Shown here piece by piece: positions 31,320-43,095 of a DNA stretch of 64,000 nt (position 1 is the stretch's first letter; every line of letters begins with the position of its first letter). A model generated the notes under the pieces. The model saw nothing but the letters and a program-made list of their open reading frames with translations. It had not been told where the DNA came from and searched no databases. Position numbers and translations under genes: made by a program. Source of the stretch: Ignavibacteriota bacterium (GTDB lineage: Bacteria > Bacteroidota > Ignavibacteria > UBA10030); assembly GCA_963701295.1 (NCBI GenBank), contig OY969585.1, positions 2,016,001 to 2,080,000 of the forward strand, read 5' to 3'.

Positions 31320-33182
31320 ATGTCTTCTAAAATTCACATACTGACTCCTGAATTATCAAACAAAATTGCTGCTGGCGAAGTTGTACAGCGCCCTGCCTCG
31401 GTAGTGAAGGAATTGATTGAGAACTCGCTCGATGCCAAGGCAACGCACATCAGTATTGTGGTAAGAGATGCGGGAAAAGCATTGATCCAAGTTGTGGATA
31501 ATGGCGAGGGAATGTCGGAACAAGATGCGTCTCTAGCGTTTCGAAGACATGCGACAAGCAAAATTCATTCAGCTCACGATTTAGAAGAGATTAAGACACT
31601 GGGTTTTCGCGGAGAGGCGCTGGCATCGATGACGGCGGTTGCGCAAGTGGAACTCAAAACACGTTCTGAATCGGATGACCTTGCCACGTTTCTCCGGATT
31701 GAGGGTGATGAAGTAAAAGAAAAAACTAAGTCAGCGCTTGAATACGGAACAAGCATCACAGTCCGCAATCTTTTTTATAATACTCCGGCTCGCCGCAACT
31801 TCCTCAAGACCCGGCACACAGAATTAAAGAATATCACTGATGCTATTGTGCGGATGGCTATTGCCTATCCAGAAGTTGAATGGTTCTATACAAGCGACGA
31901 TGAAGTGATGTTCGATTTGAAGTCGAACTCGACCGAAGGAAGAGTGGCCGCCATTTTTGGGAAAGTCCTCTACCAATCTATAATAAAATTTGAAGACGCG
32001 AATGACCTCATGACGGTCAGTGGATTCCTTGGCAGGCCGAACTTTGCGCGCAAGAGTCGTGCTGAGCAGTTGGTATTCATGAACCGACGATTTATTTTTA
32101 GCAAGATGATCAATCATGCTGTCTTTCAAGCGTATGAACATTTGTTGGAAAAGGGATCTTTTCCTTTCTTTATTCTGAACCTCACTCTTGATCCACGAAA
32201 GGTTGATGTCAACGTTCATCCATCAAAAATGGAAGTAAAATTTGAGAATGACTCAAACATCTATCGGATGATTCTGTCGGTTGTGCGAAGAGCGCTTGCG
32301 GAGAATGATTTAGTGCCATCGGTGTCGTTCACAGATGGAAATGCAATATCACCAATTGATGCTAAGCTCCAATTTGATAGTCAGGTTTGGAAAAAGGCAA
32401 TAGAGACTCAAACGGGTGCGCCCGTCTTTCCTATTGGTACTAGTGCGCGCCCTGGAGAGCCTAAAGTACTGATGACACCGAACATTATCGGACTCGATGA
32501 ATTAAAGCCGTCCGCCTTAAGTTCTGAAGCATCCTTTCCATTCAATGTGTCTTCATCAGCGAATAATCGAATTCTTTCACAGCGTCCATTGGATGACCCA
32601 TCCCTATCGCAAGAAAGCAAACCCATTTGGCAAGCACACAATAAGTACATTATCTCACAGATTCGCAATGGATTAATGATTATTGATCAACACGTTGCCC
32701 ATGAGCGAATTCTCTATGAACGTATTCTGTCGAATTTTGAAAACAGCTTGCCGTCAATCCAGCAATTATTATTTCCTGAAACGATTGAGGTAAGCACAAG
32801 CGACTATTCGCTGGTGAATGAGCTGCACGTACACCTTGAACGGCTCGGTTTTGATTTAAAATTATTTGGTAAAAATACCGTGGTAATTGAAGGGATTCCG
32901 GCTGATGTTCGCATTGGGAATGAAAGGAAAATCTTGCAGGATGTGTTGGATGAATTTAAGAACAACGAACACGCTGGTATATTCGATGTGCGCGATAATC
33001 TGGCAAAATCATTCGCATGCAAGGCGGCGATCAAAGCAGGGGATAAGCTGAATATTACTGAGATGGTAGTATTGATCGAACATCTTTTTCTCACCAAGAT
33101 GCCATTTGTTTGTCCGCATGGTAGACCGGTGATCGTAAAGATTCCACTCGAAGAACTTGACAAACGATTTGGCCGAACTTGA
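31320..33182 (+). CDS. mutL: DNA mismatch repair endonuclease MutL
   Basis: KIAAGEVV, GFRGEALAS, DQHVAHERILYE, CPHGRP. Confidence 0.97.
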   Translation: MSSKIHILTPELSNKIAAGEVVQRPASVVKELIENSLDAKATHISIVVRDAGKALIQVVDNGEGMSEQDASLAFRRHATSKIHSAHDLEEIKTLGFRGEALASMTAVAQVELKTRSESDDLATFLRIEGDEVKEKTKSALEYGTSITVRNLFYNTPARRNFLKTRHTELKNITDAIVRMAIAYPEVEWFYTSDDEVMFDLKSNSTEGRVAAIFGKVLYQSIIKFEDANDLMTVSGFLGRPNFARKSRAEQLVFMNRRFIFSKMINHAVFQAYEHLLEKGSFPFFILNLTLDPRKVDVNVHPSKMEVKFENDSNIYRMILSVVRRALAENDLVPSVSFTDGNAISPIDAKLQFDSQVWKKAIETQTGAPVFPIGTSARPGEPKVLMTPNIIGLDELKPSALSSEASFPFNVSSSANNRILSQRPLDDPSLSQESKPIWQAHNKYIISQIRNGLMIIDQHVAHERILYERILSNFENSLPSIQQLLFPETIEVSTSDYSLVNELHVHLERLGFDLKLFGKNTVVIEGIPADVRIGNERKILQDVLDEFKNNEHAGIFDVRDNLAKSFACKAAIKAGDKLNITEMVVLIEHLFLTKMPFVCPHGRPVIVKIPLEELDKRFGRT

Positions 33183-33234
33183 TTTTCTTCGTTTGAAAAA
33201 AAAACGGAGTATTTTGTCGAAAAGAGAAGGGGCT

Positions 33235-34122
33235 ATGAAGAAGAATATTATCTATGCCTTCAAAATAATACGTCCAAGCCAATGGCTAAAAAATGCATTT
33301 CTTTTTGCGCCATTGATTTTTGCGAAACATCTTTTCGATTTACCATACATTTGGCGGGAAATGCTTGCGTTTAGCGGATTCTGTCTTGTCTCGAGTACCA
33401 TGTATGTTGTCAATGATATTTTCGACTGTGAGGCGGACAAGCTTCACCCGATTAAGCGGAATCGTCCGCTTGCGTCCGGTGCCATCGGTATGCCTCGGGC
33501 TTTTACAATTATTATCATTCTTCTGGTGTTAATAGTATTTATGGTACCGCATCTCAACGTGTATTTTTGGTATACGGTCGTCTTATATGGATTTCTGAAT
33601 ATAGCGTATTCTTTAGGATTAAAACGAGTGGTCTTAGTGGATGTGTTCATTATTGCCGCAGGATTTATGCTGCGTGTACTCGCCGGTGTATTTGCCATCG
33701 AAGTAGAGATTTCCTCTTGGTTGGTTCTTTGTACGCTTTTTGTTTCAGTATTTCTTGCGGTTTCTAAACGGCGTGGTGAGTTAATACTTAGCTCAACCAG
33801 CGAGTCCTTTGATACCAGACCCGTTCTCAAACAATATAATCTCGCGTTTATGGATCAGATTATGACCATAGCGGCATCCGGAATGGCAATTTCCTATGCA
33901 TTATATACAGTCGCTGATCGTACAGTAAAGACCTTTAAAACAGAGAACCTTATTTTTACGACAGTATTTGTCTTGTTTGGCATTTTTCGGTACATTTTTC
34001 TCATGAGGGATAGAAAAATCGATGATAATCCAATGCATTTACTCTTAAGCGATACACCGATGATTGTGAACATTATGGTATGGTTTCTTGTGTGTGTTGT
34101 TATTATTTATTCCCATCATTAA
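33235..34122 (+). CDS. UbiA-family decaprenyl-phosphate phosphoribosyltransferase-like protein
   Basis: RPSQWLKN, NDIFDCEADKLHPIKRNRPLASG, KRRGE. Confidence 0.88.
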   Translation: MKKNIIYAFKIIRPSQWLKNAFLFAPLIFAKHLFDLPYIWREMLAFSGFCLVSSTMYVVNDIFDCEADKLHPIKRNRPLASGAIGMPRAFTIIIILLVLIVFMVPHLNVYFWYTVVLYGFLNIAYSLGLKRVVLVDVFIIAAGFMLRVLAGVFAIEVEISSWLVLCTLFVSVFLAVSKRRGELILSSTSESFDTRPVLKQYNLAFMDQIMTIAASGMAISYALYTVADRTVKTFKTENLIFTTVFVLFGIFRYIFLMRDRKIDDNPMHLLLSDTPMIVNIMVWFLVCVVIIYSHH

Positions 34123-34141
34123 ACAAAATGGATTTATTCGT

Positions 34142-35285
34142 GTGAAGCTGCCAAAACCAAGATCACCCCAAAAAATCACAGGTTTCCCAATAGGTTCTTC
34201 CAAGGTCGCTGTCGTGAAGACAACTCCGGAGACAGGTACTGGAAGACACGCAGCGTGCTATGGAGATGGCGGGGATAAAAAGTACTCTCAAACCGGGAGT
34301 GACAACAATATTGAAAGATAATATTTCATGGCATTTCCCATTCCCCGGAGCGAACACAACACCATGGCAGTTGGAAGGTACTGTTCTTGGCTTGAAAAGA
34401 AACGGCTTTCAAGATGTCGTGTGTGTGCAAAATAAGACCGTTGTAACTGATGCATTCAAAGGCGATGATTTAAATAAATACACACCGATATTCAAAAAAT
34501 ATCAGATTCCTGTTTTGTTCAACTTTCGCGAAAAAGACATGACATGGGTTGAATTCAAACCAAAGAGCCCATTACTTGTGCTTGATCAGATATTTTACGA
34601 GGGAATTCGTATACCAAATTATTTCTTTGGCAAGAACATTGTCCATTTGCCGACTGTCAAATGTCATATCCATACAACAACAACAGGTGCAATGAAGAAT
34701 GCGTTCGGCGGATTGCTCAGCACTCATCGACATTATACTCATACTTGGATTCATGAAACACTGGTCGATCTGCTGGCGATACAGAAAGAAGTTCATCCCG
34801 GAATTTTCGCAGTTATGGACGGCACGACTGCCGGTAACGGTCCGGGGCCGCGGACTATGTATCCGGAAGAAAAGAATATAATCCTTGCAAGCGCTGACCA
34901 AGTAGCAATTGATGCAGTCGCAGCAAAGATGATGGGATTTGACCCGCTTTCGATTCGATATATTAATTTGGCTCATCAAGCCGGATTGGGATGCGGTGAT
35001 CCGAGAGAAATAGAAGTCGTTGGAGAAGATGTGTCACTTGTAAATTGGAATTTTTCGGTAGGAACAAATGCCGTCAAGTTTGCCGCAAAAATATTCTGGT
35101 TCGGTCCGTTGAAGAATATGCAGAGCTTCTTCTTCCGGACACCGTTCGTCCATCTATTTATACTCATATCAGAGATTTATCATGATTATTACCGGTGGCT
35201 CTTAAAGGACCGGCCAGTATTTAGAAAATGGCTCAAACAGACACAGTGGGGAAAACTGTTTGCTTCATATCCTCCTATTGAATAG
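34142..35285 (+). pseudogene. DUF362 domain protein, frameshifted near 34235 (possibly a sequencing error)
   Basis: SKVAVVKTTPET in one frame continues as VLEDTQRAMEMAG in another if one G is removed; LPTVKCH, TGAMKNAFGG, GNGPGP. Confidence 0.75.
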
Positions 35286-35288
35286 CCA

Positions 35289-36182
35289 TTGTTTCATGGC
35301 AGGCAGATGACTCCTCGTACTCGAGCGGAATTATATTTGCTTTCCATTACGGTTGTTTGGGGAAGCACATTTGTTCTGACGAAGTTTGTTTTAGAGAATG
35401 CGTCTCCCTTTGTGTACATTTCCATTCGATTCACCGCCGCATCGATTTTATTCTCAGTAATATTCTTTCGAAGATTGTTGGTGATCACAAAGGATGCAAT
35501 CGCGAAGGGTACTATTCTTGGTGTCTTGCTCTTTGTCGGTTTTGCGCTGCAAACTGTGGGATTGAAATATACAACAGCGTCTAAATCTGCATTTGTTACA
35601 GGCCTCATGGTTGTGTTCACACCTTTGTTTCAATTGATCATAGAACGAAAGTCACCCAAAATTGGAAATATTATTGGTGTCGTTTTGGTTGCAATTGGTT
35701 TATTTTTTTTAACTTCTCCCAAAGGCTCAGAGTTCAATCTTGGAGATGCACTAACTCTTATTTGCGCTGTACTGTTTAGTCTCTATACAGTCTTTCTGAG
35801 CATTTTTGGGAAGGGACATGATCCTGCACATCTGACCTTCATGCAATTTGTTTCAACTGCATTGCTTTCGTTGCTGGCTATACCATTTTTGGAAACAGCA
35901 TACATAAATATCAATGGCAATTTTCTCACACTTATAGCATATTTAGCTGTCATGCCAACAGTCGTCGCATTGTACGTTATGGCGAAGTATCAGAAATACA
36001 CGACGCCAACACGGAGCGCAGTCATTTATTCGATGGAACCGCCTCTTGCCGCGCTGTTTGCCTTTTTGATTATTGATGAACAGATAGGAATGGTTGGGAT
36101 TGTTGGAGGAGTATTGATTCTATTGGGGCTAATTATATCGGAATTATCGGATGTCATTTTTAAGCGAAAACCGAAGAAATGA
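35289..36182 (+). CDS. DMT/EamA family transporter
   Basis: VWGSTF, QTVGLKYTTASKSAFVTGL, SMEP; about 10 TM helices. Confidence 0.92.
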   Translation: MFHGRQMTPRTRAELYLLSITVVWGSTFVLTKFVLENASPFVYISIRFTAASILFSVIFFRRLLVITKDAIAKGTILGVLLFVGFALQTVGLKYTTASKSAFVTGLMVVFTPLFQLIIERKSPKIGNIIGVVLVAIGLFFLTSPKGSEFNLGDALTLICAVLFSLYTVFLSIFGKGHDPAHLTFMQFVSTALLSLLAIPFLETAYININGNFLTLIAYLAVMPTVVALYVMAKYQKYTTPTRSAVIYSMEPPLAALFAFLIIDEQIGMVGIVGGVLILLGLIISELSDVIFKRKPKK

Positions 36183-36313
36183 CGCAAACAAAGCTTTGTT
36201 TGAAATAGCGGTTTTTTGATTGTGTCAAGAGCTATACATAGTATTTTTCAGAGAAAAAAAATGATTCAATCAGTACTTGCGGAATTCAAAACCAAAAACT
36301 ATATTAAACCTAG

Positions 36314-36724
36314 ATGAAATTGGGGTATAAATATTTTATTGCTACTGCCATTCTGTTATTTGCTTTAACGAGAATGGTATTCGCTCAAAACAATCCTACG
36401 ATAACAAAAGTCGAATCTTTTGATGGTTATATTAGGGTGGAATGGACGATTAACTCAGAAGTGGGCGTCGATCATTATGAAGTATGGAGAAGTAGTGGAA
36501 GTTCCGTTCCTCTCTGTGTTGGAGTCGTACCGCATGGAGTTTTTTACTTAGATGATAAAACCGGTTTATATAAGACAGAAGATCAATATTTTAGCTATCA
36601 AGTGAAAGCTGTAGGAGGTCCCAATGGGCCTATCCAGGGACTGAGTGAAATTAAAGGAATACGCTTTAGCACAAGTTCAACCGCGAAGCGTACGTGGGGC
36701 AGTATTAAGGCGATGTTCCGATAA
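36314..36724 (+). CDS. Secreted Ig/Fn3-like protein with C-terminal TWGSIKAMFR motif
   Basis: Signal peptide; VEW...YEVWRS...YQVKAV; ends in RTWGSIKAMFR. Confidence 0.75.
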   Translation: MKLGYKYFIATAILLFALTRMVFAQNNPTITKVESFDGYIRVEWTINSEVGVDHYEVWRSSGSSVPLCVGVVPHGVFYLDDKTGLYKTEDQYFSYQVKAVGGPNGPIQGLSEIKGIRFSTSSTAKRTWGSIKAMFR

Positions 36725-36793
36725 GCTATTGGTTATAAAGAATCTTGAATAAGCGAGCATTATGCGTCGCTTTTTTTGTTTTTAGGCGTCTTT

Positions 36794-37393
36794 ATGAGAC
36801 CTTTAATTCTTGCATCTCAATCACCTCGTAGAAAAATTCTACTGAAGCAGATTGGATTGAAGTTTCGTGTTATCCCGAGTCATGTTTCGGAAGTGTTATC
36901 TTCAAACCAATCACCCGGTGAAAATGCAAAACGCATTGCAATCGATAAGGCTTCAGAAGTTGCCGTCCGTCTGCACAAAGGGATTGTAATTGGAGCAGAT
37001 ACGATTGTTGTACTCGATCACCATGTCCTCGGCAAACCGTCCTCCCAAGATGATGCGAAGCGGATGTTGAAACTGTTGAGCGGACGTGAGCACTCGGTAT
37101 ACACTGGCTTTGCTTTGATCGATGTGGAATCGAAGAAACACGTAGAAGGATTGGAAGAAACAAAAGTACGATTCCGCATACTGGATGAAAAAGAAATTGT
37201 TTCTTATATCGATTCAGGATCGCCGATGGATAAAGCAGGCTCGTATGGAATTCAAGATGATTTTGGAGCCGTCTTTGTCGAAAAAGTGAATGGATGTTTC
37301 TATAATGTTGTTGGATTTCCTCTTGCTCGTTTTTATTCGACGTTACAGCGGTTTATTGCTTCCTTGGAAGTACAGAGTAAAACGAAAATATAA
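36794..37393 (+). CDS. maf: Maf nucleotide pyrophosphatase
   Basis: [31 protein letters not shown]. Confidence 0.95.
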   Translation: MRPLILASQSPRRKILLKQIGLKFRVIPSHVSEVLSSNQSPGENAKRIAIDKASEVAVRLHKGIVIGADTIVVLDHHVLGKPSSQDDAKRMLKLLSGREHSVYTGFALIDVESKKHVEGLEETKVRFRILDEKEIVSYIDSGSPMDKAGSYGIQDDFGAVFVEKVNGCFYNVVGFPLARFYSTLQRFIASLEVQSKTKI

Positions 37394-37395
37394 CG

Positions 37396-37809
37396 ATGAA
37401 ACGAAAGATACGAGTCCTTATTGCTAAAGCCGGATTGGATGGCCATGATCGTGGAGCGAAGGTCGTCGCTGCAGCATTGCGGGATGCCGGATTTGAAGTG
37501 ATTTACTCGGGACTTCGTAAAACAGCGGAAGCGATTGTGGAATCCGCATTACAGGAAGATGTCGATGCAATCGGTGTGAGCCTGCTGAGTGGCACACATA
37601 TGACGATCTTTCCCAAAATATTGCAGGTGATGAAAACGAAAGGGATGGAGGATGTGCTTCTATTCGGCGGTGGAATCATTCCTCAAAAAGACATTCAAGA
37701 ATTGAGGAGTATAGGAGTGGGTGAGCTATTTACACCGGGAACTTCGACCGAAGACATCGTTCGTTATCTGCGTACATGGAACATGGATCACCAACGTTAT
37801 TCATCGTAA
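37396..37809 (+). CDS. Methylmalonyl-CoA mutase cobalamin-binding subunit
   Basis: [24 protein letters not shown]. Confidence 0.92.
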   Translation: MKRKIRVLIAKAGLDGHDRGAKVVAAALRDAGFEVIYSGLRKTAEAIVESALQEDVDAIGVSLLSGTHMTIFPKILQVMKTKGMEDVLLFGGGIIPQKDIQELRSIGVGELFTPGTSTEDIVRYLRTWNMDHQRYSS

Positions 37810-37822
37810 TCACTTTGTACAT

Positions 37823-37858
37823 AAAAAACCCGTCGAAAAAAATCCTTGACGGGTTTTG
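37823..37858. terminator. Bidirectional intrinsic terminator
   Basis: AAAAAACCCGTCGA...TTGACGGGTTTT between convergent genes. Confidence 0.8.
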
Positions 37859-37874
37859 TGATGTAATAGATCTT

Positions 37875-38078
37875 TTAAGCGATCTTTACAACTTTAACAG
37901 CCTGTAAGCCTTTTGGTCCTGTTTCAACTTCGAATTCTACTTTGTCGCCCTCCTTGAGCGTCCTGTAGCCGTCTCCGCTGATGGACTTGTAATGCACGAA
38001 TACGTCTTCACCAGTTTCTCGTTGGATGAAACCGAATCCTTTTGAATTATTAAACCACTTGACTGTACCCTGTTCCAT
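37875..38078 (-). CDS. Cold-shock protein
   Basis: GTVKWFN, KGFGFI, DVFVHY; start MEQG at 38078. Confidence 0.95.
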   Translation of the reverse strand: MEQGTVKWFNNSKGFGFIQRETGEDVFVHYKSISGDGYRTLKEGDKVEFEVETGPKGLQAVKVVKIA

Positions 38079-38352
38079 ACGGGTTCGTCCCCTTGATACA
38101 TTGAACATCACACCGCTGATTTGTCTTTCAACGAAAAAGGTGCATGGGATGCTACACCTGTATTGCTCAACCCTATCACAATTCTTATGTGAATCGACTC
38201 ATTTGAAACATACGAACACATTCACTCAGGCTAATGTGATAGTGAAAAACAAATTACGATGAAACAAAACCGGTGCATTGAATTACCTCAGAATATTACA
38301 ATTTGGTATATTAAAATGCAAGTGTCGGCGGCGGGTTTTTCGTTTTATCGAA

Positions 38353-40704
38353 TTATTCTCCTTCAGCTAGCCAAATACCGTAATCCTCGGTGTCCGGTTT
38401 ACCCTCTGCTGTTTCCGGTGCGACTTTACGTTCGAGAATGCGGATGCCTTCATCTGAAAAACCGAATATATCATCTAAAGAAAGAATACGATCGAGTGCG
38501 GTCGGTTCAAAAAATTCCCGGAATTTATTTACTGCTTCATGCAGCTTTTCAAGGTAGTAAGCGGTGTTTTCATTAGCTCCTAGAGTGTCCCAATCTTCAA
38601 CTAAACGTGAAAAACGAGCAACATCGACATCTGTCTCAGTTCCAGAGATATAATACGAGAGAGTGGTATTAGCTTTGACAAAGAGACTTGAACGAACCGC
38701 TGCTTCCAATGCTGGAGAAGGAGTGATCCGACCGGCAGCAATTTCTTTCTGGTACGTCTCCGTATCTATACGTAAAAATTCTGTTTTACAGAAGTCCATG
38801 GGAGTCCAGTTGTGTTTGACAATCTGAGTGTAAGCGGTTGCGTATGTATGATGTAATCGTGTTAGATCGTTCATAAGCATGCATTCAATGAATCGTTGGA
38901 TGAACATTCTTAAATAGCGTTCCATCCCGCGTGCTATGAGACTATTACCTTTGATGAGGACATTGTTGCTCTGATCAAGCACCGCATAGTTACTTTTCCT
39001 GTAGCTGAGCATCTTCTTATAATGATGTAATGACACAAGAGTGATACCACTGGGGAGAGTGTTCGAGAGCCGATCTATAAAAATATCTCGGTTCGCCTCA
39101 CCAATAATATTATCCGGCATGAAGAGAAAGAATCCTTGATCGTCAGATTGGATGATGGTAGCATTAAAGAGTTCGATTTGATGTATGATCTCTTTCAGTA
39201 TTTCTCGGCTCGCAGTAAGTACGATTTCGGCTTGATCTGGATCGTTGTAAAGGCCTTTTGCAGAGCCAAGGGAGAGATGAAAAGAATCGAGCAGACGTTT
39301 CAGTGAATTCAACCGAGCAGCTGGATATGTGTCTCGCGATTGGATTGCATGCTTTTGGTCGAGTATTTTTTGCTGCAAAGAAGTGAGACTTATCAAGAGC
39401 GAGAAAAAAACATCGAGATCATCGGTTCTGGGCTTAATGTTTTGACGGAGGAGCATAGAGGGATATAATCCTTCGAGTTCAATATAGAGGACGTCGGAAA
39501 AGACGCCAATGTGATAAATCTCTGTTGGGATATTGATATTGCGAGAACCTTCCATGGGTTTGGGCACCGAATGTTTTTGCCGTACGTATTCTCTCAGTAT
39601 GAGTGATTCGATGCGTGAAGCCGCGCTCGTATGGATCAGCATTCTGAAATTGAATGGACACATCTGAGCAAGATAAAAAAGTGGAGGAAGAAGTAAGGTG
39701 CTGAGCTCATGTACAATAAGGGCATTTTGCAGAGATTGATTTGCCACTTGCTTTGGTGTGCGTTTCCGTTCTTTCATCAACCGATGAGATGGAAGGGCAT
39801 ATCCTATATCAAGAGGAATTCCGAAATGTTTAGCTAATGAAATCAAACTGAATGATTGCTCAACTTTCTTGGTGTTCATTTCTGTTTCTGCAATTGTTAT
39901 AATGTCCACGAGGTGTCTGCCGAAAACATCGTATGAAAACCATTCGCTTTCACCGAATCCTGCAGTGCTAAATCCGCTCAGTGTCCGCATATCGCTGCCG
40001 CTTCTGCCGATAGCAAATGTTATTTGTTGTCTTTCGCAAGCACGACCGAGAGCCGGTAGAATCGTTCCGAATAAATCATATCCCTCAATAATGTCAGGAT
40101 CAATTTCGTTGATGTGCTGGATACATTGTTTCAAGACAACCTGTTCATTTTGTTTTGGGGTTTTCAGGATATATTTGTTTCCATCACTTGTGAGAAGTGT
40201 GATGACGAGTATGTGTTCTTCAAAATTCTTACTGCCTCGTTTCTTTCCTGTTGCAGGCGCATATTGGACATCGATATGAAGACGTACAAGATCCTCAAAT
40301 TCCATTCCTTTGAACAATGTTGTTCCGGATTGCAAAAGAAACTGGCGTACCGGATCGGCACGAACCAGGATTTCTTTTAACTCCTGATACGATGAGATAC
40401 GCGGCGAATGGCTTTTATTGTATTGTCGAAGAATGCAGTGCACTGCTTCCCACATTTCACTCCAGCGGGAGAATGCTGCGATGAACTGATAGAAGTTGTT
40501 CCCGGCAAGCCTCTTCAGCCAGAATTTTTTTTGGAATTCCTTGATAAGCGCTTCGTCCGTTAGAAAAAAGAAGGGGAAGAATTCCACATCTCTGTGGTGA
40601 ATCTTCCCCTCAACTCGCTTGAACAACCTGATCATCTGATCGTTCAACTGTTGGACGGCAACAATGCGCTCTTCAGGATTATGTCCGTAGAGCAATGAGT
40701 CCAT
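38353..40704 (-). CDS. Family B DNA polymerase homolog with degenerate catalytic motifs
   Basis: DPDIIEG exonuclease region; ELEGLYPS (DxxSLYPS), KRLLDSFH (KxxxNSxYG), QSDDQG (DTDG), KSNYAVL, IKG. Confidence 0.8.
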   Translation of the reverse strand: MDSLLYGHNPEERIVAVQQLNDQMIRLFKRVEGKIHHRDVEFFPFFFLTDEALIKEFQKKFWLKRLAGNNFYQFIAAFSRWSEMWEAVHCILRQYNKSHSPRISSYQELKEILVRADPVRQFLLQSGTTLFKGMEFEDLVRLHIDVQYAPATGKKRGSKNFEEHILVITLLTSDGNKYILKTPKQNEQVVLKQCIQHINEIDPDIIEGYDLFGTILPALGRACERQQITFAIGRSGSDMRTLSGFSTAGFGESEWFSYDVFGRHLVDIITIAETEMNTKKVEQSFSLISLAKHFGIPLDIGYALPSHRLMKERKRTPKQVANQSLQNALIVHELSTLLLPPLFYLAQMCPFNFRMLIHTSAASRIESLILREYVRQKHSVPKPMEGSRNINIPTEIYHIGVFSDVLYIELEGLYPSMLLRQNIKPRTDDLDVFFSLLISLTSLQQKILDQKHAIQSRDTYPAARLNSLKRLLDSFHLSLGSAKGLYNDPDQAEIVLTASREILKEIIHQIELFNATIIQSDDQGFFLFMPDNIIGEANRDIFIDRLSNTLPSGITLVSLHHYKKMLSYRKSNYAVLDQSNNVLIKGNSLIARGMERYLRMFIQRFIECMLMNDLTRLHHTYATAYTQIVKHNWTPMDFCKTEFLRIDTETYQKEIAAGRITPSPALEAAVRSSLFVKANTTLSYYISGTETDVDVARFSRLVEDWDTLGANENTAYYLEKLHEAVNKFREFFEPTALDRILSLDDIFGFSDEGIRILERKVAPETAEGKPDTEDYGIWLAEGE

Positions 40705-40707
40705 TCA

Positions 40708-41478
40708 TCATTTCTGCAGTTTGTCCATAGTCATAAACGGTCTCAGCAAATCGATAGGCACGGGGAAAATGGTGGTGGAATTATTCTCCGTAGCAATCTC
40801 GCGAAGTGTTTGCAGATAACGCAGCGTAAGAGCGCTAGGCTGCTCGCTCAACACTTTTGCCGCATCTGAAAGCCGCTGTGATGCCTGGAATTCACCTTCC
40901 GCCGCGATAACTTTGGAGCGGCGTTCGCGCTCGGCTTCTGCCTGTTTTGCCATTGCCCGCTGCATTTCCTGTGGCAGGTCGATCTGTTTCACTTCAACAT
41001 TGGATACCTTCACACCCCACGGTTCTGTGTGGCTGTCAATAATTTGTTGAAGCTTCTGGTTAATCTTGTCGCGCTGTGAAAGAAGATCATCTAATTCGGA
41101 TTGTCCGAGCACGCTTCGCAATGTTGTCTGCGAAAGCTGGGAGGTAGCGAACAAATAATTTTCAACCGATACAACGGCTTTTTCTGGCTGCATTACACGG
41201 AAGTACACAACAGCGTTTACTTTCAACGAGACATTATCCTGTGTAATGATATCCTGCGGTGGAACATCCATAACGACTGTTCGCAGGCTCACCTTCACCA
41301 TTCTATCAATACCGGGCCATAACCAGACAAGTCCGGGCCCCTTGACTCCTAACAACCGTCCTAAGCGGAATATGACACCGCGATCATATTCGCGCAAAAT
41401 TTTAATTGAATTGACTGCGAGAAGAAAAAATGCAAATCCTAAAAGAAATATATATATAAATCCTGGTTCCATAATCAC
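40708..41478 (-). CDS. Slipin / SPFH (band 7) protein
   Basis: [34 protein letters not shown]. Confidence 0.95.
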   Translation of the reverse strand: MIMEPGFIYIFLLGFAFFLLAVNSIKILREYDRGVIFRLGRLLGVKGPGLVWLWPGIDRMVKVSLRTVVMDVPPQDIITQDNVSLKVNAVVYFRVMQPEKAVVSVENYLFATSQLSQTTLRSVLGQSELDDLLSQRDKINQKLQQIIDSHTEPWGVKVSNVEVKQIDLPQEMQRAMAKQAEAERERRSKVIAAEGEFQASQRLSDAAKVLSEQPSALTLRYLQTLREIATENNSTTIFPVPIDLLRPFMTMDKLQK

Positions 41479-42767
41479 TCCTTTGATATTGTGAATGGTT
41501 CGACGAATAATTTTAATCCGTTGATTTTAACAACTCGTATTCGACTACCTTTTTCAATTGTTCCTGACAGTGATTCAGCATTCCAGAGCTCTCCTTGCAC
41601 ACGAACGACACCTTCTGGTCTCAGCGTTTCGATAACATCTCCACTCTCTCCAGTGAGTCCTTCAGCGCCGGTTGTTGGTTTTCGGCGTTGAGCTTTAATC
41701 CCCAATCCGAGGATAACGACAAAAAAGAATGTGGTGAGAATGACCGATGCAAAGATGACTGACCAGGATATTTCTACAAACTCAAGAACACTTGAAGTGC
41801 GAATAAGCATAATTGATCCCAGAAAAGTTGAGACAGCCCCGCCGATTGCCAGCATGCCATGGCTGATGATTTTTATCTCTAAGAGGAAGAGAATAATGCC
41901 AAAAATGATGAGCGCAAGTCCGGCATAGTTGATTGGCAGAGTATGCATGGAATAGAACGCAAGCACCAGACTGATTACGCCAACGATGCCGGGAAAAATA
42001 GAACCAGGATTGTACAATTCGAGTATCAAACCGATAGTGCCGAGTTGAAAAAGAATGAGGGCGATATTAGGATTGCTTAAGACATCCAATAACTTTTCCG
42101 CCCATCCCATTTCCATTGGTTCAATCCGTGCACCTTTCGTATGTAATGTCACAGTTCTATCTACTGTTTCGACTTGTTTCCCGTCAATCTGAGAGAGCAG
42201 ATCATCGAGATTCTTCGCAATGAGATCGATAACGTTTGTGTCAAGAGCTTCCGTTTCAGTAATAGCTTGACTTCTACGGACTGCATCTTCTGCCCACTTC
42301 ATATTACGGTTTCGTTTTTCGGCGATCGTACGGATAAAAGCGGATGCATCATTAGTGACTTTATCGCTCATCACCGAATCCATTTTTCCTTCCATTTCTA
42401 CGGGATGCGCTGCTCCGATATTTGTTCCGGGTGCCATTGCCGCTATGTGTGCTGCCATAGTGATAAATACGCCGGCAGAACCCGCCTGAGCACCTCCGGG
42501 AGAAACATAGACAACGATAGGAATTTTCGATTCAAGGAATGAACTGACTATCACGCGGGTCGATTTGAGCAAGCCGCCGGGAGTATCCATCTGTATGATG
42601 AGGCATTCGGCATTCTTCTCGCGGGCATTTTCGATACCTCGTTCGATAAATGCCGCTGCTGCCGGATTGATAATACCGTCGATTTTTAGCACAACAACAT
42701 TCTGTGACAGTACAATGCCTGCACATATGATACTGAGAACAACAAGATGAAGAGTACGACGGAGCAT
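41475..42767 (-). CDS. nfeD: NfeD membrane-bound serine protease
   Basis: [20 protein letters not shown]-terminal OB fold GELWNA; precedes slipin. Confidence 0.93.
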   Translation of the reverse strand: MLRRTLHLVVLSIICAGIVLSQNVVVLKIDGIINPAAAAFIERGIENAREKNAECLIIQMDTPGGLLKSTRVIVSSFLESKIPIVVYVSPGGAQAGSAGVFITMAAHIAAMAPGTNIGAAHPVEMEGKMDSVMSDKVTNDASAFIRTIAEKRNRNMKWAEDAVRRSQAITETEALDTNVIDLIAKNLDDLLSQIDGKQVETVDRTVTLHTKGARIEPMEMGWAEKLLDVLSNPNIALILFQLGTIGLILELYNPGSIFPGIVGVISLVLAFYSMHTLPINYAGLALIIFGIILFLLEIKIISHGMLAIGGAVSTFLGSIMLIRTSSVLEFVEISWSVIFASVILTTFFFVVILGLGIKAQRRKPTTGAEGLTGESGDVIETLRPEGVVRVQGELWNAESLSGTIEKGSRIRVVKINGLKLFVEPFTISKE

Positions 42768-43095
42768 AAAAGAATCCTTTATCCGAGACGAATGTTAGTT
42801 ATGCATATTGTATGAAGGTGAAGAATGGAGGTCTTTGTAAATCTCCAATTCGTTAGAAAGATAAAGAAAGAGCGGTCAAATAGCAAAAAGTGTGGACTAG
42901 TATGCCATTTACGAAGAAATTGATAGAATGTACTTATGAATCTGCGGTTGGAATAATTATCAAAGACTTCAGCTCCAAGCCGAGCTTGTCCGTCCAAAAC
43001 CACTTCGTGTTTTAATGGGTTACACTGATTTGGAGCAGAATATTCGAGGTTTGTTCTGAAACGCTATTCATCGGGGAGCGAGCGGCTATGTGGAC

